In this document: positions 49,872-60,849 of the stretch, piece by piece
How the letters are laid out: the number at the start of each line of letters is the position of its first letter
Position numbering within the stretch: the stretch's first letter is position 1
Source: Squalus acanthias
Lineage: Eukaryota
Reading direction: 5' to 3'
NCBI GenBank assembly: GCA_030390025.1
Contig: CM059432.1
Span: 34,908,001 to 34,972,000 of the forward strand
Length of the DNA: 64,000 nucleotides
Notes under the pieces: model-generated
Told to the model about the DNA's origin: nothing
The model's database searches: none
Seen by the model: only the letters and a program-made list of their open reading frames with translations
Made by a program: the position numbers and the translations under genes

Positions 49872-51746
49872 AGGCTTGATTTTGCCAGTGCTCAGAGTGC
49901 GGGTTTGGAGGTGGGTCAGCTGTAAAAATAGCAAAGATTGACAGCGGGTAGGGTCTGTCAGCAGAGAACTGACCTGACACCAAGTGCGGGGGGACAATTG
50001 AGATCATTAAATGGCTTGTTAAGAGCCAATTTAATGGTATTTTGAGACTTCCTTCCAATTTTACGTGCTCCCCCACAGGTTACCCGCTGCTCGTGAGTTG
50101 AGTCTGCTCTGATGTTTCCGATAAGCAGAGAACTGCAGAAGTGGTGTAAAGGATGCCATGTTGCAGATGGTCAGTTTCAGAGCGCAGAAACTGTTGGTTA
50201 CTGCATTTGTAAGACATATAGGAGTAAAAATTCGGTTGCTTTGCGCCTCCAGTAAGTGCCCTCTTAGGGCGCTAACGGGGCGCAAAGCAACTAGCGCCCG
50301 GGCGCGGCGCCGCCCATGCCTCCCGCGAAATTCAGCGGGAGGTTAGCGGCAGCGGTAACCGGTAGCGCCCCGCGGTGCTGTGCCGCTGGCGATGACGTCA
50401 TCGCCATGCGCAGCGCCCCACTCGCTCCCCGGCCGCGATCTTCGGGAGCGCCCCCTGACTTACCACCGGACGCTATGTCTGACGGGGTCAGGGGGGCCTA
50501 CCTGTGGCCGGGGAGGTGCTATTTAAAGGCGAGGTGCGGAGCGGCCATTTTTGTTGCTGGCCACCTGCCAGCACCTGCCTGCGCTCCCGTCCCCAGGCTC
50601 CTGAACCGGCCCCCCCGCAGAGTGCCGGCTGCGCTCCAAGAGCCCGGTACTTCTCTTGAGTGCCGGGCTCTTTTGCCGGCACTCCCGATCCCCGGGGGCC
50701 CTTTAAGAAGGGGAGGAAGGCCTGCAATATCGCGGCGCGACGTGCGATATTCCCTCGCAGCGCCACAAGAGGGATGTGGGGTGCTTCCAGTAGCGCCCCA
50801 CTTCCCTCTTGGAGTGCTACCACTCAATTTCCGTCGCGGGGGTGATAATTTTTCCGGGGCGCTAAAAGTAGCGGCCCGGCGAAGTTAGCGCCCCAAAGGG
50901 GGTGCTACTCAATTTTTAGCCCATAGAGATTTCTTTAGCTTGCAAGTGTTTGTCCAATGTCACCTCATTGGAACAACCCCTCTCACCATTGACAGATCGC
51001 TTCTGTCATCTCACCTGCAGCTGACATCTATTGCAGTAACATCGGTGCCCTAGAAACTATCTCACCTTGCTCCGCTGATTCCTTCCACGCTCCACCCCAA
51101 CACCAACATCACTAGGCACACCAGCAGCACCAACAACAACACCAACCTTCTCCAACATCACCTGATGCTGCACAGGACATCAGCCCCTGACAACATTTCT
51201 GCCCGGGAGGCCAGCGATGGCATCACCATGGCCAGATTTACATCACTTGACGCTGTAAACCCTGGCTGCCACATGATGCGCCAGTTTGACACCCTCCCAC
51301 ACCAGCACCGTAAAGCATCCCTTTAATGTCCAAGCCATTCCATGCACACACATCACTATAGTGGTGGGGGGCGGGGGTGGTGGTCACTGGAACTCAGTAA
51401 GAAACTTCTTATGGAGGGAGTCATTGGAGAGCCTGGGTGCAACCGTCCACCTTTGTGCAGTGCTTGTGAGTATTTGCAGCACCTCAATGCTGTCAAACAC
51501 TGACAGAAAAACTGTCAAACTCAATGTGACCGTGGTCCCTTTAAGGAAACCGGCTGATGACACGTCATGAAATGACTTCATCAGACCCGCTTCCTGTTAA
51601 TTGGCCAGGAAGCCCACAGGGCGGGCTTAACAAGGGCCAATCAAGGGAAAATCCCTTTGACAGAGTGGCTGCAGCCGGGAGCGGGACCGGAAACCCGCAA
51701 ACAGCTATCCCGCCACCATTCCGACACCGCTGAGAAAATCCAGCCC
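49872..51746. mobile_element. Non-autonomous Harbinger E
   Basis: AGGCTTGATTTT...AAAATCCAGCCC, TSD AAC; internal blocks related to 13447-15165 in reverse orientation. Confidence 0.85.
50221..50922. mobile_element. Harbinger MITE F nested in E
   Basis: GGAGTAAAAATT...AATTTTTAGCCC, TSD ATA; left end resembles the left end of element G. Confidence 0.9.
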
Positions 51747-52706
51747 AACGTTTCAGGTCAGAATTGGAAAATGTTGCAGATGTAACAGGTTTTAAGCAAG
51801 CACAGAGGCAGGGAAGGGGGAGGAAAGAACAAAAGGGAAGGTCTGTGCTAGGATGGAAGGTAAGTGTGATTTAAATGACAAAAGGGGTGACAGTGCAAGG
51901 CAAATGGGGCTGGTAATGGGATAAGTAAAGAAACAAAAGTTGAGTCTCGAGGAGCTGAAAATGCCAACAGCAGAATAATTACCAGCACTTGCTGTCTGAA
52001 AAAATGTGAGTGGTGGTTATGGTCTGAAATTGTTGAGCTCGTTGTTGAATCCGGAAGGCTGTAAAGTGCCCAATCAAAAGATAAGGTGCTGTTCCTCAAA
52101 CTTCCATTGAACTTCATTGGAACAGTGTAGGAGGCCGAGGGCAGAGAGGTCAGAGTGGGAGTGGCGCGGAGAATTTACATGGCAATTGACTGGAAACACA
52201 GGGTCATGCTTGCAGTCTGAACGGAGGTGTTCAACAAAGCGATCACCCAATCTGCGTTTGGTCTCCCTAGTGTAGAAGGGACCGCATCATGAGCAGTGAA
52301 TACAGTATATTAAATTTAATGAAGTACAAATAAATCACTGTTTCACGCTCCTAGACTTAGCTGTGCTTGAAAGGATGCTCGCTTTATTTGGCTTTTTTTT
52401 GTTTGCATTTAAATTGATATTTCACAAAGGGCACTGGACAGTGGGAAGGGAGGAGGTGCAAGGGTTTTTCCTTGTTTTTCCTTGTTTTTCCTCGTTGTTC
52501 CTTGCTTGGGGCCTTCTATAGGCCTATAAAGGGACCTAGGCCTGTTCTCAGCAGATATAGGTCCTGCAGACCCTTTTAGGGTGCTTTGGATGGATATGCT
52601 GGAGAAGTTCAGGAATGCTCCCAAACACGCCTCCAAGATCGCTCAATTCCTAGGCTTTCAGCTTTAATGGAGGAGTCTTTAATCAGTGTCTTTTCATATT
52701 CCATAG

Positions 52707-53044
52707 CTGCAGCAGAAGCGGAAAAAAAGAATGAGATTCCTACTGTCTCCGCGCAAGTTCCTGCTGATGGATCCAAGAAAGAGGTCAAAAAGAAGGAGGG
52801 GCAGAAGAAGGACGGCGCTAAAGGGGACAAGGATGGATCAAAGGGCGAAACAAAGGATCAAGCCAATAAAAAAGGAGCAGGACAGAAAGGGGCAGGACAG
52901 AAAGGGGCAGGACAGAAAGGGGCAGGAGCAAAAGGTGGTGGGAAGTCCGATGGTAAGGGAGCTGGTAATGCCAAAAGTGGTGGGAAGGCAGGAGCGAATG
53001 CCAAGGGAGGACCAAAGAAAGCTCCTGCTAAAAAATCTTCATAG
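52707..53044 (+). CDS. tmie: TMIE terminal coding exon, Lys/Gly/Ala-rich C-terminal tail
   Basis: Acceptor ttttcatattccatag ends 52706. A phase-1 join with the 17984 donor gives in-frame (A)AAEAEKKNEIPTVSAQV...KKAPAKKSS-TAG. A basic tail after the PPLNELTE motif is as expected for TMIE. Confidence 0.85.
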
Positions 53045-53697
53045 TTCCTCTGTACTGGACAATACAATATTTGTGGGATTGAGTTGGGCAGTATGTTTGT
53101 ACACTGACATTTCAACCTCTGGAGCGTGGCTTCAAATCCAACCTCAGAAAGAAGGAGCAAAGGTCAGATCCCTGCTTCAGCTCTTAAAGGATGTGAACTT
53201 TGACGTAAACTTGTGGGAAGCCAGTGTGGGAACGGAACATATTCACACTGGTGCAGAAGGTATTAGAGATATGTTAGGGTTGAGGTCTGAGGTAAATATT
53301 CAGGGAAATGTCAAGGGAGCACGCTTTTCCTTAAGCTTAGTAACGTACAAACAAACTAGGGTAATTCATCCAGCTTACCTCTTGAGAAGGTTGGTACGGG
53401 TTTGATATAATTGAGAAGTTTTTCCAAGTTTTCTGTCCTTTTCTAAAGTTTTAAATATTTTCAATTTTTGCTATTACTTGAAGTTCTACTTGCATAAATT
53501 CTGGACTTTCAATAACCATTGAATCCTCAATGTCACCAGGTTCCGTTTCTTTCATTCAAGGGCATAGTCAATGGAAGCTGTTGCTTGCACAGTGACAATC
53601 TTGACTTCTAAAGATGAATCGGAGTCAAACTTTTCCAAAAGAGACAACAGTACATGAACTCTTTGTTGTAATTTAGCCCCACATACAAAAACGTAAA

Positions 53698-53703
53698 AAT
53701 AAA
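53698..53703 (+). promoter_or_regulatory. Candidate polyadenylation signal of tmie
   Basis: AATAAA ~650 nt after the stop, at the end of the non-repeat stretch; ATTAAA follows at 53757. Confidence 0.4.
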
Positions 53704-54184
53704 GGAACCAGGCACAACCAGTTCAATCAGGTTCCTCTCAGCCTCCATATTAACCAATTAAAAAACAACTTGCATTTATATAGTGCAGAGGAATGGGAGG
53801 TTGGAAATGGTGAGCATTGGGCTCAGAAGTTGCAGTTGAGTGGTCTGGACCTCAGATGTGGACATGCTGGGGCTGTGGAAGGAGGGTCAAGAGAACAGGT
53901 GGTGGGTCTGATGGAAGGGATGAGTCTGTTGAGGACTCGGGCAGAGATGGAGAGAAGCTATGAAGGGTTGTGAGGTCAGAGCTGAGGAAGGGAGCGAACT
54001 GGGGCTGGAGGAGGCTGAGGCAGGTGAACAAATTTTAGTGACAAAGGAATCATCTGGCATCAGATGTGAGAGCTGTGGAGGGAACTTGGAGGAGGCAATT
54101 TGTACTGGAGAAAAGGAGTTTCTGATTACACTCAACCCTTAATGATGATGATCTTGGAGTCATAAGATGACAGAGACAGACAAT

Positions 54185-54830
54185 GGCCTAATATTTCAAT
54201 GGCACTACACCTGTTTTACAGGCACAAAACAGGCACCTAAAGGTCCAATATGGCTGGTGATGTGCACGCGTTCATTCCATGCTGGAAGTGCGTCACCCGT
54301 TATATTGGACACTTAAGTGCCTGTTTTACACCTGTTTGCATCTGTAACTGGTTTTCGGCCCATTGCATATGCAAATCTGGAGTCTAACGCCTGTTTCAGG
54401 TCTTTGCCAAATTGGTCTGTGAATGACCGCGATATGCAGCGCTCACGCTGCGGTCAGCTTCTTCAAGCGTTCGGCTGTCAAACCAGCGATCCTGAAAGGG
54501 ACCACTGGAGGCTGCCATCTGAAAGGTAGGTTCATGTTTTTTACTTACTTTAACATGGAGGCGGGAGAAGCAGGTCCCCCTCACGATTGCCTCCCCTCCC
54601 CAGGATTCTTATGGGTCTGGCGGCTGGCGTCCAAACCAGTCGATTTTGCTGACCTCCGCCCCCCCCCCTCCCCCCATGGTGCCTCTGGGGCTGCGAATGG
54701 TGCCCGCAGCTCATTGGTACTATCCTAATGAGCAGGCAGACCAAATCCCCATGGTCCTGCTGCCATCCTCGTTAAGTGCGTGCGCTGCACCAGGATCACA
54801 CCCCAATCAGACGCAAATCAATTTCTAAGT
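54185..54830. mobile_element. Probable degenerate Harbinger-type MITE
   Basis: ggcctaatattt start and aatttctaagtc end; GC-rich body; weak TIR match. Confidence 0.35.
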
Positions 54831-56011
54831 CAATATTTTTCAAGTGATCAAGCCAAACCAGGTCAGTGATACGCTATGTGGGCTCAAGCCCGTGATCTTT
54901 GGATTTGGAGATTTGAAGATTGGTGTTGTACCTGAAGAACAAGGGAGTGGAAGACCATAACGTTTCTGACAGAGATGAGAACATCAGAATTGTAGGTAAG
55001 GGAGCTGTTGAGTGGATTGATAAGGGCAGGAGCAGAATGCCAGGTAGAGGCAAGAAAAGAGGGAGCTGGGAACTGAAAGTGAGCCAGGAGGTAGTCCTCA
55101 GGGTGGGAGAAGGTAAGCTGGATGGATCTCTTTAGGAGCCAAGTCAGTTCCAAGGTCGATTGACAAGGAAGATTGTAACCGAATCGAACTCTGTTAGATT
55201 TAGCAATCTGATACCTCAACCATGGAGCTACGCAGTACTCCAGGTCCCTGTTGACAATTGATCAGCAAGCCTGGTTCATTGATGGACTTGCTATCTATTA
55301 AAAGGAATGGATGGAAAATCACATGCTGCGGGAGTCGATATCCTGATTTGGGCTCACGGTGGACGGTAGAATCGACCTTCATTTTGTCTCCGACTTTCTT
55401 AGCCGTTTGGCGTACTTTTCTTTAAATGTTGTGAAAACAGCCTCGTCGTTTTGTTGCTACATTGCTTCTTTTTATTTACTTGTAATGACGATGAGGTAAA
55501 TTCACCTTCGTCCATAACTCAGGTTTTGTCATCTGGGGCCCAGGGAGTAGGCCCGTGTCTTGGTGAGTTCTACAAGTGCACTGATATAAATGTAGAACCA
55601 ACTGTAAATAAACACCAACAGGTACCATCAGTGTTGAATCATTGCCTTATAGATGCACAGTATAGACAACACACTCTACAAATGAAGCCCTTCCTCATCT
55701 TCAGATTTAGACTATATGGAGAGTTAGGCATGTGTCCTTGTAGTTTTGCAAACTCTATTAACTAACCTTTGGCTATAACACATCAATTATGTCAATGGTT
55801 TGGAGTAATGGATGTTGTGATGCTATAGAATGAGGATTTATAGATGTTCCCTTACTTCAGTGATAGACCAATACTACGGGCCGCACATTTCATCGCCACT
55901 GGCACATCTCTCTATCCCACGGGAGAAAGTTGTCAGGCACCAAAAGCCAGTGAACGGCTCCCAGTTTACCCATTGTGTGCCTGGCAGTTAGTCATAATGA
56001 GGAAAAGGGTA

Positions 56012-56233
56012 ATAAAAAGAGAAAATGCTGGAAATATTCAGCAGGTAAGGCAGTATCTGTGGAGAGAGTTAACGTTTCAGGTCGATGACCTTTCTCCAGT
56101 TCTGACGAAAGGTCACAGACCTGAAACATTAACTCTGTTTCTCTCTCCACAGAGGCTGCTTGACCTGCTGAGTATTTGCAGCATTTTCTCTTTTTATTTC
56201 AGATTTCCAGCATCCGCAGTATTTTGCTTTTGT
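56012..56233. mobile_element. Penelope-derived fold-back mini-element with hammerhead motif (56097-56137)
   Basis: Inverted arms; CTGACGA-AAGGTC-ACA-GACCT-GAAAC; 15-bp TSD ATGAGGAAAAGGGTA/ATGAGGAGAGGGGTA. Confidence 0.85.
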
Positions 56234-56674
56234 ATGAGGAGAGGGGTACCGGGTAAATGGAGGGGGAGCAACAATGGTATATTGGGGGATAAAGGAGGCA
56301 CCAGGTAAGATGGGCAGGGATTCCGGGGGTCCAAGGGAAACTGAGAGCCTAATGAGGCTAACGCGCACCTTGTGCACAGGCTCCAGTCCCATTTGTACTT
56401 ACTGAACACCTCCAGCATATTGTAAGTCTCATGGTTTCTGGGCCTGATTTCTGGGGAACCTGGTGCCTGTCATTGCATTAACTACCCCTACGTGTCTTGT
56501 ATAGGCCGGCCATTGGTGGGACCATGCAAGCCTAATGCCAGCACAAGGATCTGTTCCCGCCACCCACCCCGCCCCCCCAACAAGAAGCAGACCACGACTA
56601 ACTAGAACAGATGGTGTGTCCCAAATTGCATCTCAGTTTGAGCTTGAACAATTAGAGACATTCCCTTAACAATC

Positions 56675-57805
56675 ATTAGCAAAATTGAAGCCTATGGGAT
56701 AAAAGGGGCAGGAGCAGCATGGATACAAAATTGGCTAAGGGATAGAAAACAGAGTTGTGGTGAATGGCTGTTTTTCGGACTGGAGGGAGGTATACAGTAG
56801 CGTTCCCCAAGGTTCGGTACTGGGACCACTGCTCTTTTTGATATACATTAATGACTTGGACTTGAGGGTACAGGACACAATTTCCAAATTTGTAGATGGC
56901 ATGAATGGAAGTGTAGTAAACAGTGAGGAAGATAGTAATAGACTTCAAGGGGACATAGACAGGCTGGTGGAATGGGCGGAAACATGGCAGATGAAATTCA
57001 ATGCAGAGAAGTGTGAGGTGATACATTTTGGTAGGAAGAATGAGAAGAGACCATACACACTAAATGGTACAATTTTAAAGGGGGTGCAAGAACAAAGAGT
57101 CCTGTGGGTGCTTGTACACAAATCTTTGAAGGTGGCAGAACAGGTTAACAAAGCAGTTAATAACGCATTTGGGATCCTGGGCTTTATAAATAGAGGCATC
57201 GAGCACAAAAGCCGGGAATTTATGCTGAACCTATATAAAACATTAGTTCAACCCCAGTTGGAGTATTGTGTCAAATTCTGGGCGCCACACTTTAGGAAGG
57301 ACGTGAAGACTTTGGAGAGAGGATACAGAAGAAATTTACTAGAATAGTTCCAGGAATGAGGGATTACAGTTAAGTGGACAGACTAGAGAAACTGGGGTTG
57401 TTCTCCTTGGAGCAGAGAAGGCTAAGAGGAGATTTGATAGAGTTGTTTAAAATCATTAAGGATTTAGATAGAGCAAATAAAGAGAAACTTTTTCCAATGG
57501 CTGAAGGGTCGATAACGAGAGGGCACAAATTTAAGGTGATTGGCAAAAGAAGCAGAGGCAACATGAGGAAAAAGAAATTTACTGAACGAGTGGTTAGGAT
57601 TTGGAATAAACTGCCTGATAGGGTGGTGGATACTGATTCAATAGGAGCCATCAAAAAGGAATTGGATAAATACTTGAAGGAGAAAAAAATTGCAGTGATA
57701 TGGGGAAAGAGCGGGAGAGTGGGACTAACTGGATTGTTCTTCGAAAGAGCCGGCGCAGACTCGATGGGCTGAATGACTTCCTTCTGTGCTGTACTATTCT
57801 ATGAT
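56675..57805 (+). mobile_element. CR1 LINE 3' fragment
   Basis: SVPQGSVLGPLLFLIYINDL, WQMKFNAEKC; attctatgattc tail. Confidence 0.92.
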
Positions 57806-57892
57806 TCAATTAATCAGTGCTGGCAATATCTTAATTAGGAAACTGGTTAGATCCAGACTGCAGAGGTCAGCAAAGCTACAAGATGGAGATGG

Positions 57893-58835
57893 TAGGGTTC
57901 CCAACCCTCCCAGAATGAGCGGGAGTCTACCGGAGTCGATGATTCCTATGCTGAGAACTGCCTCCAGGAGATCAGCAATTTAATTTACCCGCTGCAATGC
58001 GCCAGACGAACAACAACTAAACACCAACTGTTGGCCTGACAAGAACCAGGTTATACTACTTTCATTATAAACAGAATCATTTCTCAGCCTTTTCCACGGA
58101 GCTCGTTACCGCTGCTACACAGTGATATCACACGCAGAGAGCCGCAACCGGCTGGAGTGCAGTCGGGAGGGGGCCGGAGAGTTGGGAATCAGGGAGGGGG
58201 GGGGTCTGATATTATTGGAGTGGGGGCTCTGAAATCATCGGGGGGCTGTGAAATGGGAGTTGGCTCAAGAGTTGGGGGGAGAGATGGAGACTGGGGAATG
58301 GGGGCTCAGGGGGGAGAGATGGATACTGGGGAATAGGGGCTTGGGGAAAGAGATGATGAATGGGGGCTCGGGGGGAAGAGATGGAGACTGGGGAATGGGG
58401 GCTCGAGGGGGAGAGATGGAGACTGGGGAATAGGGGCTTGGGGAAAGAGATCAGGAATGGGGGCTTGGGGGGAGAGAAGGAGACTGGGGAACAGGGGCTT
58501 GGGGAAAGAGATGAGGAATGGGAGCTGGGGGGGAGAGAAGGAGACTGGAGATGGGGGATCAGGGGATGGGAGGTCGGGGAGAGAACAGGACTGGGGCTTG
58601 GGGGATTGGGGCTCTGAGCGCCGATGTTACTTTAAGTGAAACTATGGCAGTAAGATGGGAGCCAAGTTCCAAACCAATGAAAGGCCTCATGTCTGAAAGT
58701 ACCTCTTCACTCAAAGAGTGCTCAGCATGTGGAATTTACTTCCATATATTGTAATATAAACAAAATAAACTTGAAATCATTGAATTAACAGTTCGGCTAG
58801 TGCAGGTTGCCGTTTTCTGGATGGTTGCACTAGGG
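57893..58835. mobile_element. Probable hAT-like element with an internal G-rich minisatellite (58255-58610)
   Basis: TAGGGTTCCCAACC start; repeats of gggggagagatggagactggggaat; right end uncertain. Confidence 0.45.
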
Positions 58836-58865
58836 TGGACAAAATGGTCTTCCACATTTATATCT

Positions 58866-59590
58866 AAGAAAGCACTTACATTTATATAGCACCTGTCACA
58901 ACCTCAGGACGTCCCAAAGTGCTTTACAGTTAATCAAGTGCTTTTGAAGCATTGTCACTGCTGTAATGTAGGGAAACGTAGCAGCCAATTTGCGCAAAGC
59001 AAGATCCCACAAACTGCAATAAAATAAATGACAGATCTATTTTTTTAGGTGTTAATTGAGGGATAAATATTGGCCAGGACACCAGGTAGAACTTGCCTGC
59101 CTTTTTTTGAATAGTGTCATGGGATCTTTTACATCTAGCTGAGAGGGCAGATGGGGTCTTGGTTTAACGTCTCATCCAAAAGATGGCACTTCCAACAGTG
59201 CAGCACTCCCTCAGTACTGCACTGAAGTGTCAGCCTAGCTATGAAGAAAGAACCACTTGCCTTTATAGAGCACCTTATCAAATCTCTCGGAAACATCTCA
59301 AAGGCCCACATATACAATAAATTACATTGAGGTGCAGTGATTGTTGTTATGTGGGCAAATGTGACAGCAGTGTTGCACACAGCAGGATCCCACAAACAGC
59401 AATGAGATTAGTCTGCTTCTGATGGTTTTGATTGAGGGAGGAATATTGGCCAGGATACCGGGAGAACTCCCTGCTCTTCAGTGCCATGGGATCTTTTATA
59501 TCCACCAGATCAGGAAGATGGTAGCAGATTGCTTTTGCATTGACCCAAAGCGCACCTCTGACAAGGCAGCTCTCCCTCAGTACTACAATG
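58866..59590 (-). mobile_element. Two tandem Deu-domain SINE copies
   Basis: Each has a tail and Deu core (58866-59240; 59245-59590). Confidence 0.8.
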
Positions 59591-59659
59591 TTTATTATCG
59601 TACATTGTAGAGCAAGTAATTTTGGACTGATTTTTTCCCCATGAATGTGGTCCAAAAAA

Positions 59660-60375
59660 ATCCACACCCAGCTTGGGCTGATGTGGCAAGTAACATTCGG
59701 GCCACGCAAGTGCCAGGTTATGACCATCTCCAACAAGAGAGCCTCACCACCTCCTCTTAACATTCAATGGCATTACCATTACCGAATCCCGCACTTTCAA
59801 TAACCTGGGGGTCACCATTGACTAGAAACTCAACTAGACTAGCTACATAAATGCCATGGCTACTAGAGCAGGCCAGAGGCTGGGTATTCTGTGGTGAGTG
59901 ACTCACCTCCTGACTCCCCAAAGCCTTTCCACCAAAGACAAGGCACAAGTCAACCATGTGCTGGAATACTCTCCACTTGCCAGGATGGGTGCAGCTGCAA
60001 CAACACTCAAGAAGCTCGACACCATCCAGGACAAAGCAGTCCGTTTGATCCACCACCTTAAACATTCACTCCCTTCACCACAGAATGCACTGCAGCAACT
60101 CGTCAAGGCGTCGTCGACCGCACTTCCCAAACCCACGATCTTCACCACCTAGAAAGGCACCTCAAAGCTCCCCTCCAAGTCACGCAACATCCCGACTGGG
60201 ACATATATCACCATTCCTTCATTGTCGCTGGGTCAAAATCCAGAGACTCCCTACCTATGTGGGAGTACCTTCACCACATGGACTTCAGCGGTTCAAGAAG
60301 AAGGCCCACCACCACCTTCTCACGGGCAACTAGGAATGGGCAATAAATGCTGGGCTTGCCAGCGATACCCATACC
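59660..60375 (+). mobile_element. CR1/L2-group LINE 3' fragment
   Basis: LEYSPLA..LKKLDTIQDKAVRLI; ggcaataaatgctgg 3' end. Confidence 0.75.
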
Positions 60376-60849
60376 CACTGGTGGTGGCTGACCTTCTGTT
60401 TGTTTCAAGCATATTCTGTCTTTTAACATTTTTAACTGTTTTCTAGCTGATTCTCTCATACTCCTGACAAATTTCACATGAGCCTCTGATAGACTTTAAG
60501 ATTCAGAGGACTCATTCTGTGGAGATACGATGCACAGATACAGTCTGTGGGCAGGCATCAGTCCCAGCCATGTACACGTGAGGCCAAATCAGACAGTTTG
60601 TCCACACTTCAGTGCGACAAAGTGAACATTGTGAGGAGACAGGCACAGCCTGAATGATTGCAATCCTGCAAATATTTCGCAATATTCAGTTAAAACTTGG
60701 GGCCTATATAAATAGGCAGTGTTTGTGCAATGCTTACGATCCGTTACAGTTAGTTAATTAACTCTTGAGGTGCCATGACGCTGTTATAGTCAAAAGACCC
60801 AACAAAGCTCGCCTAATGGCCCAATCATGCAGGTTAGATAAACAGAATG

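Larger units (their letters stand above)
49803..52347 (-). mobile_element. Penelope fragment split by nested MITEs (49803-49871 and 51747-52347)
   Basis: Reverse-complement homology to 9115-9730, including a degenerate GIY-YIG region at 52090-52345. Confidence 0.82.

Noticed and set aside
52586..52706. N-terminal part of the 152-aa ORF and the overlapping 224-aa ORF (52731-53405)
   Set aside because: Sequence upstream of the acceptor is intronic; the overlapping ORF is an alternative frame running into the 3' UTR with no recognisable homology.
55140..55440. Unique-looking segment with short ORFs
   Set aside because: No recognisable protein motif or convincing splice-site pair.
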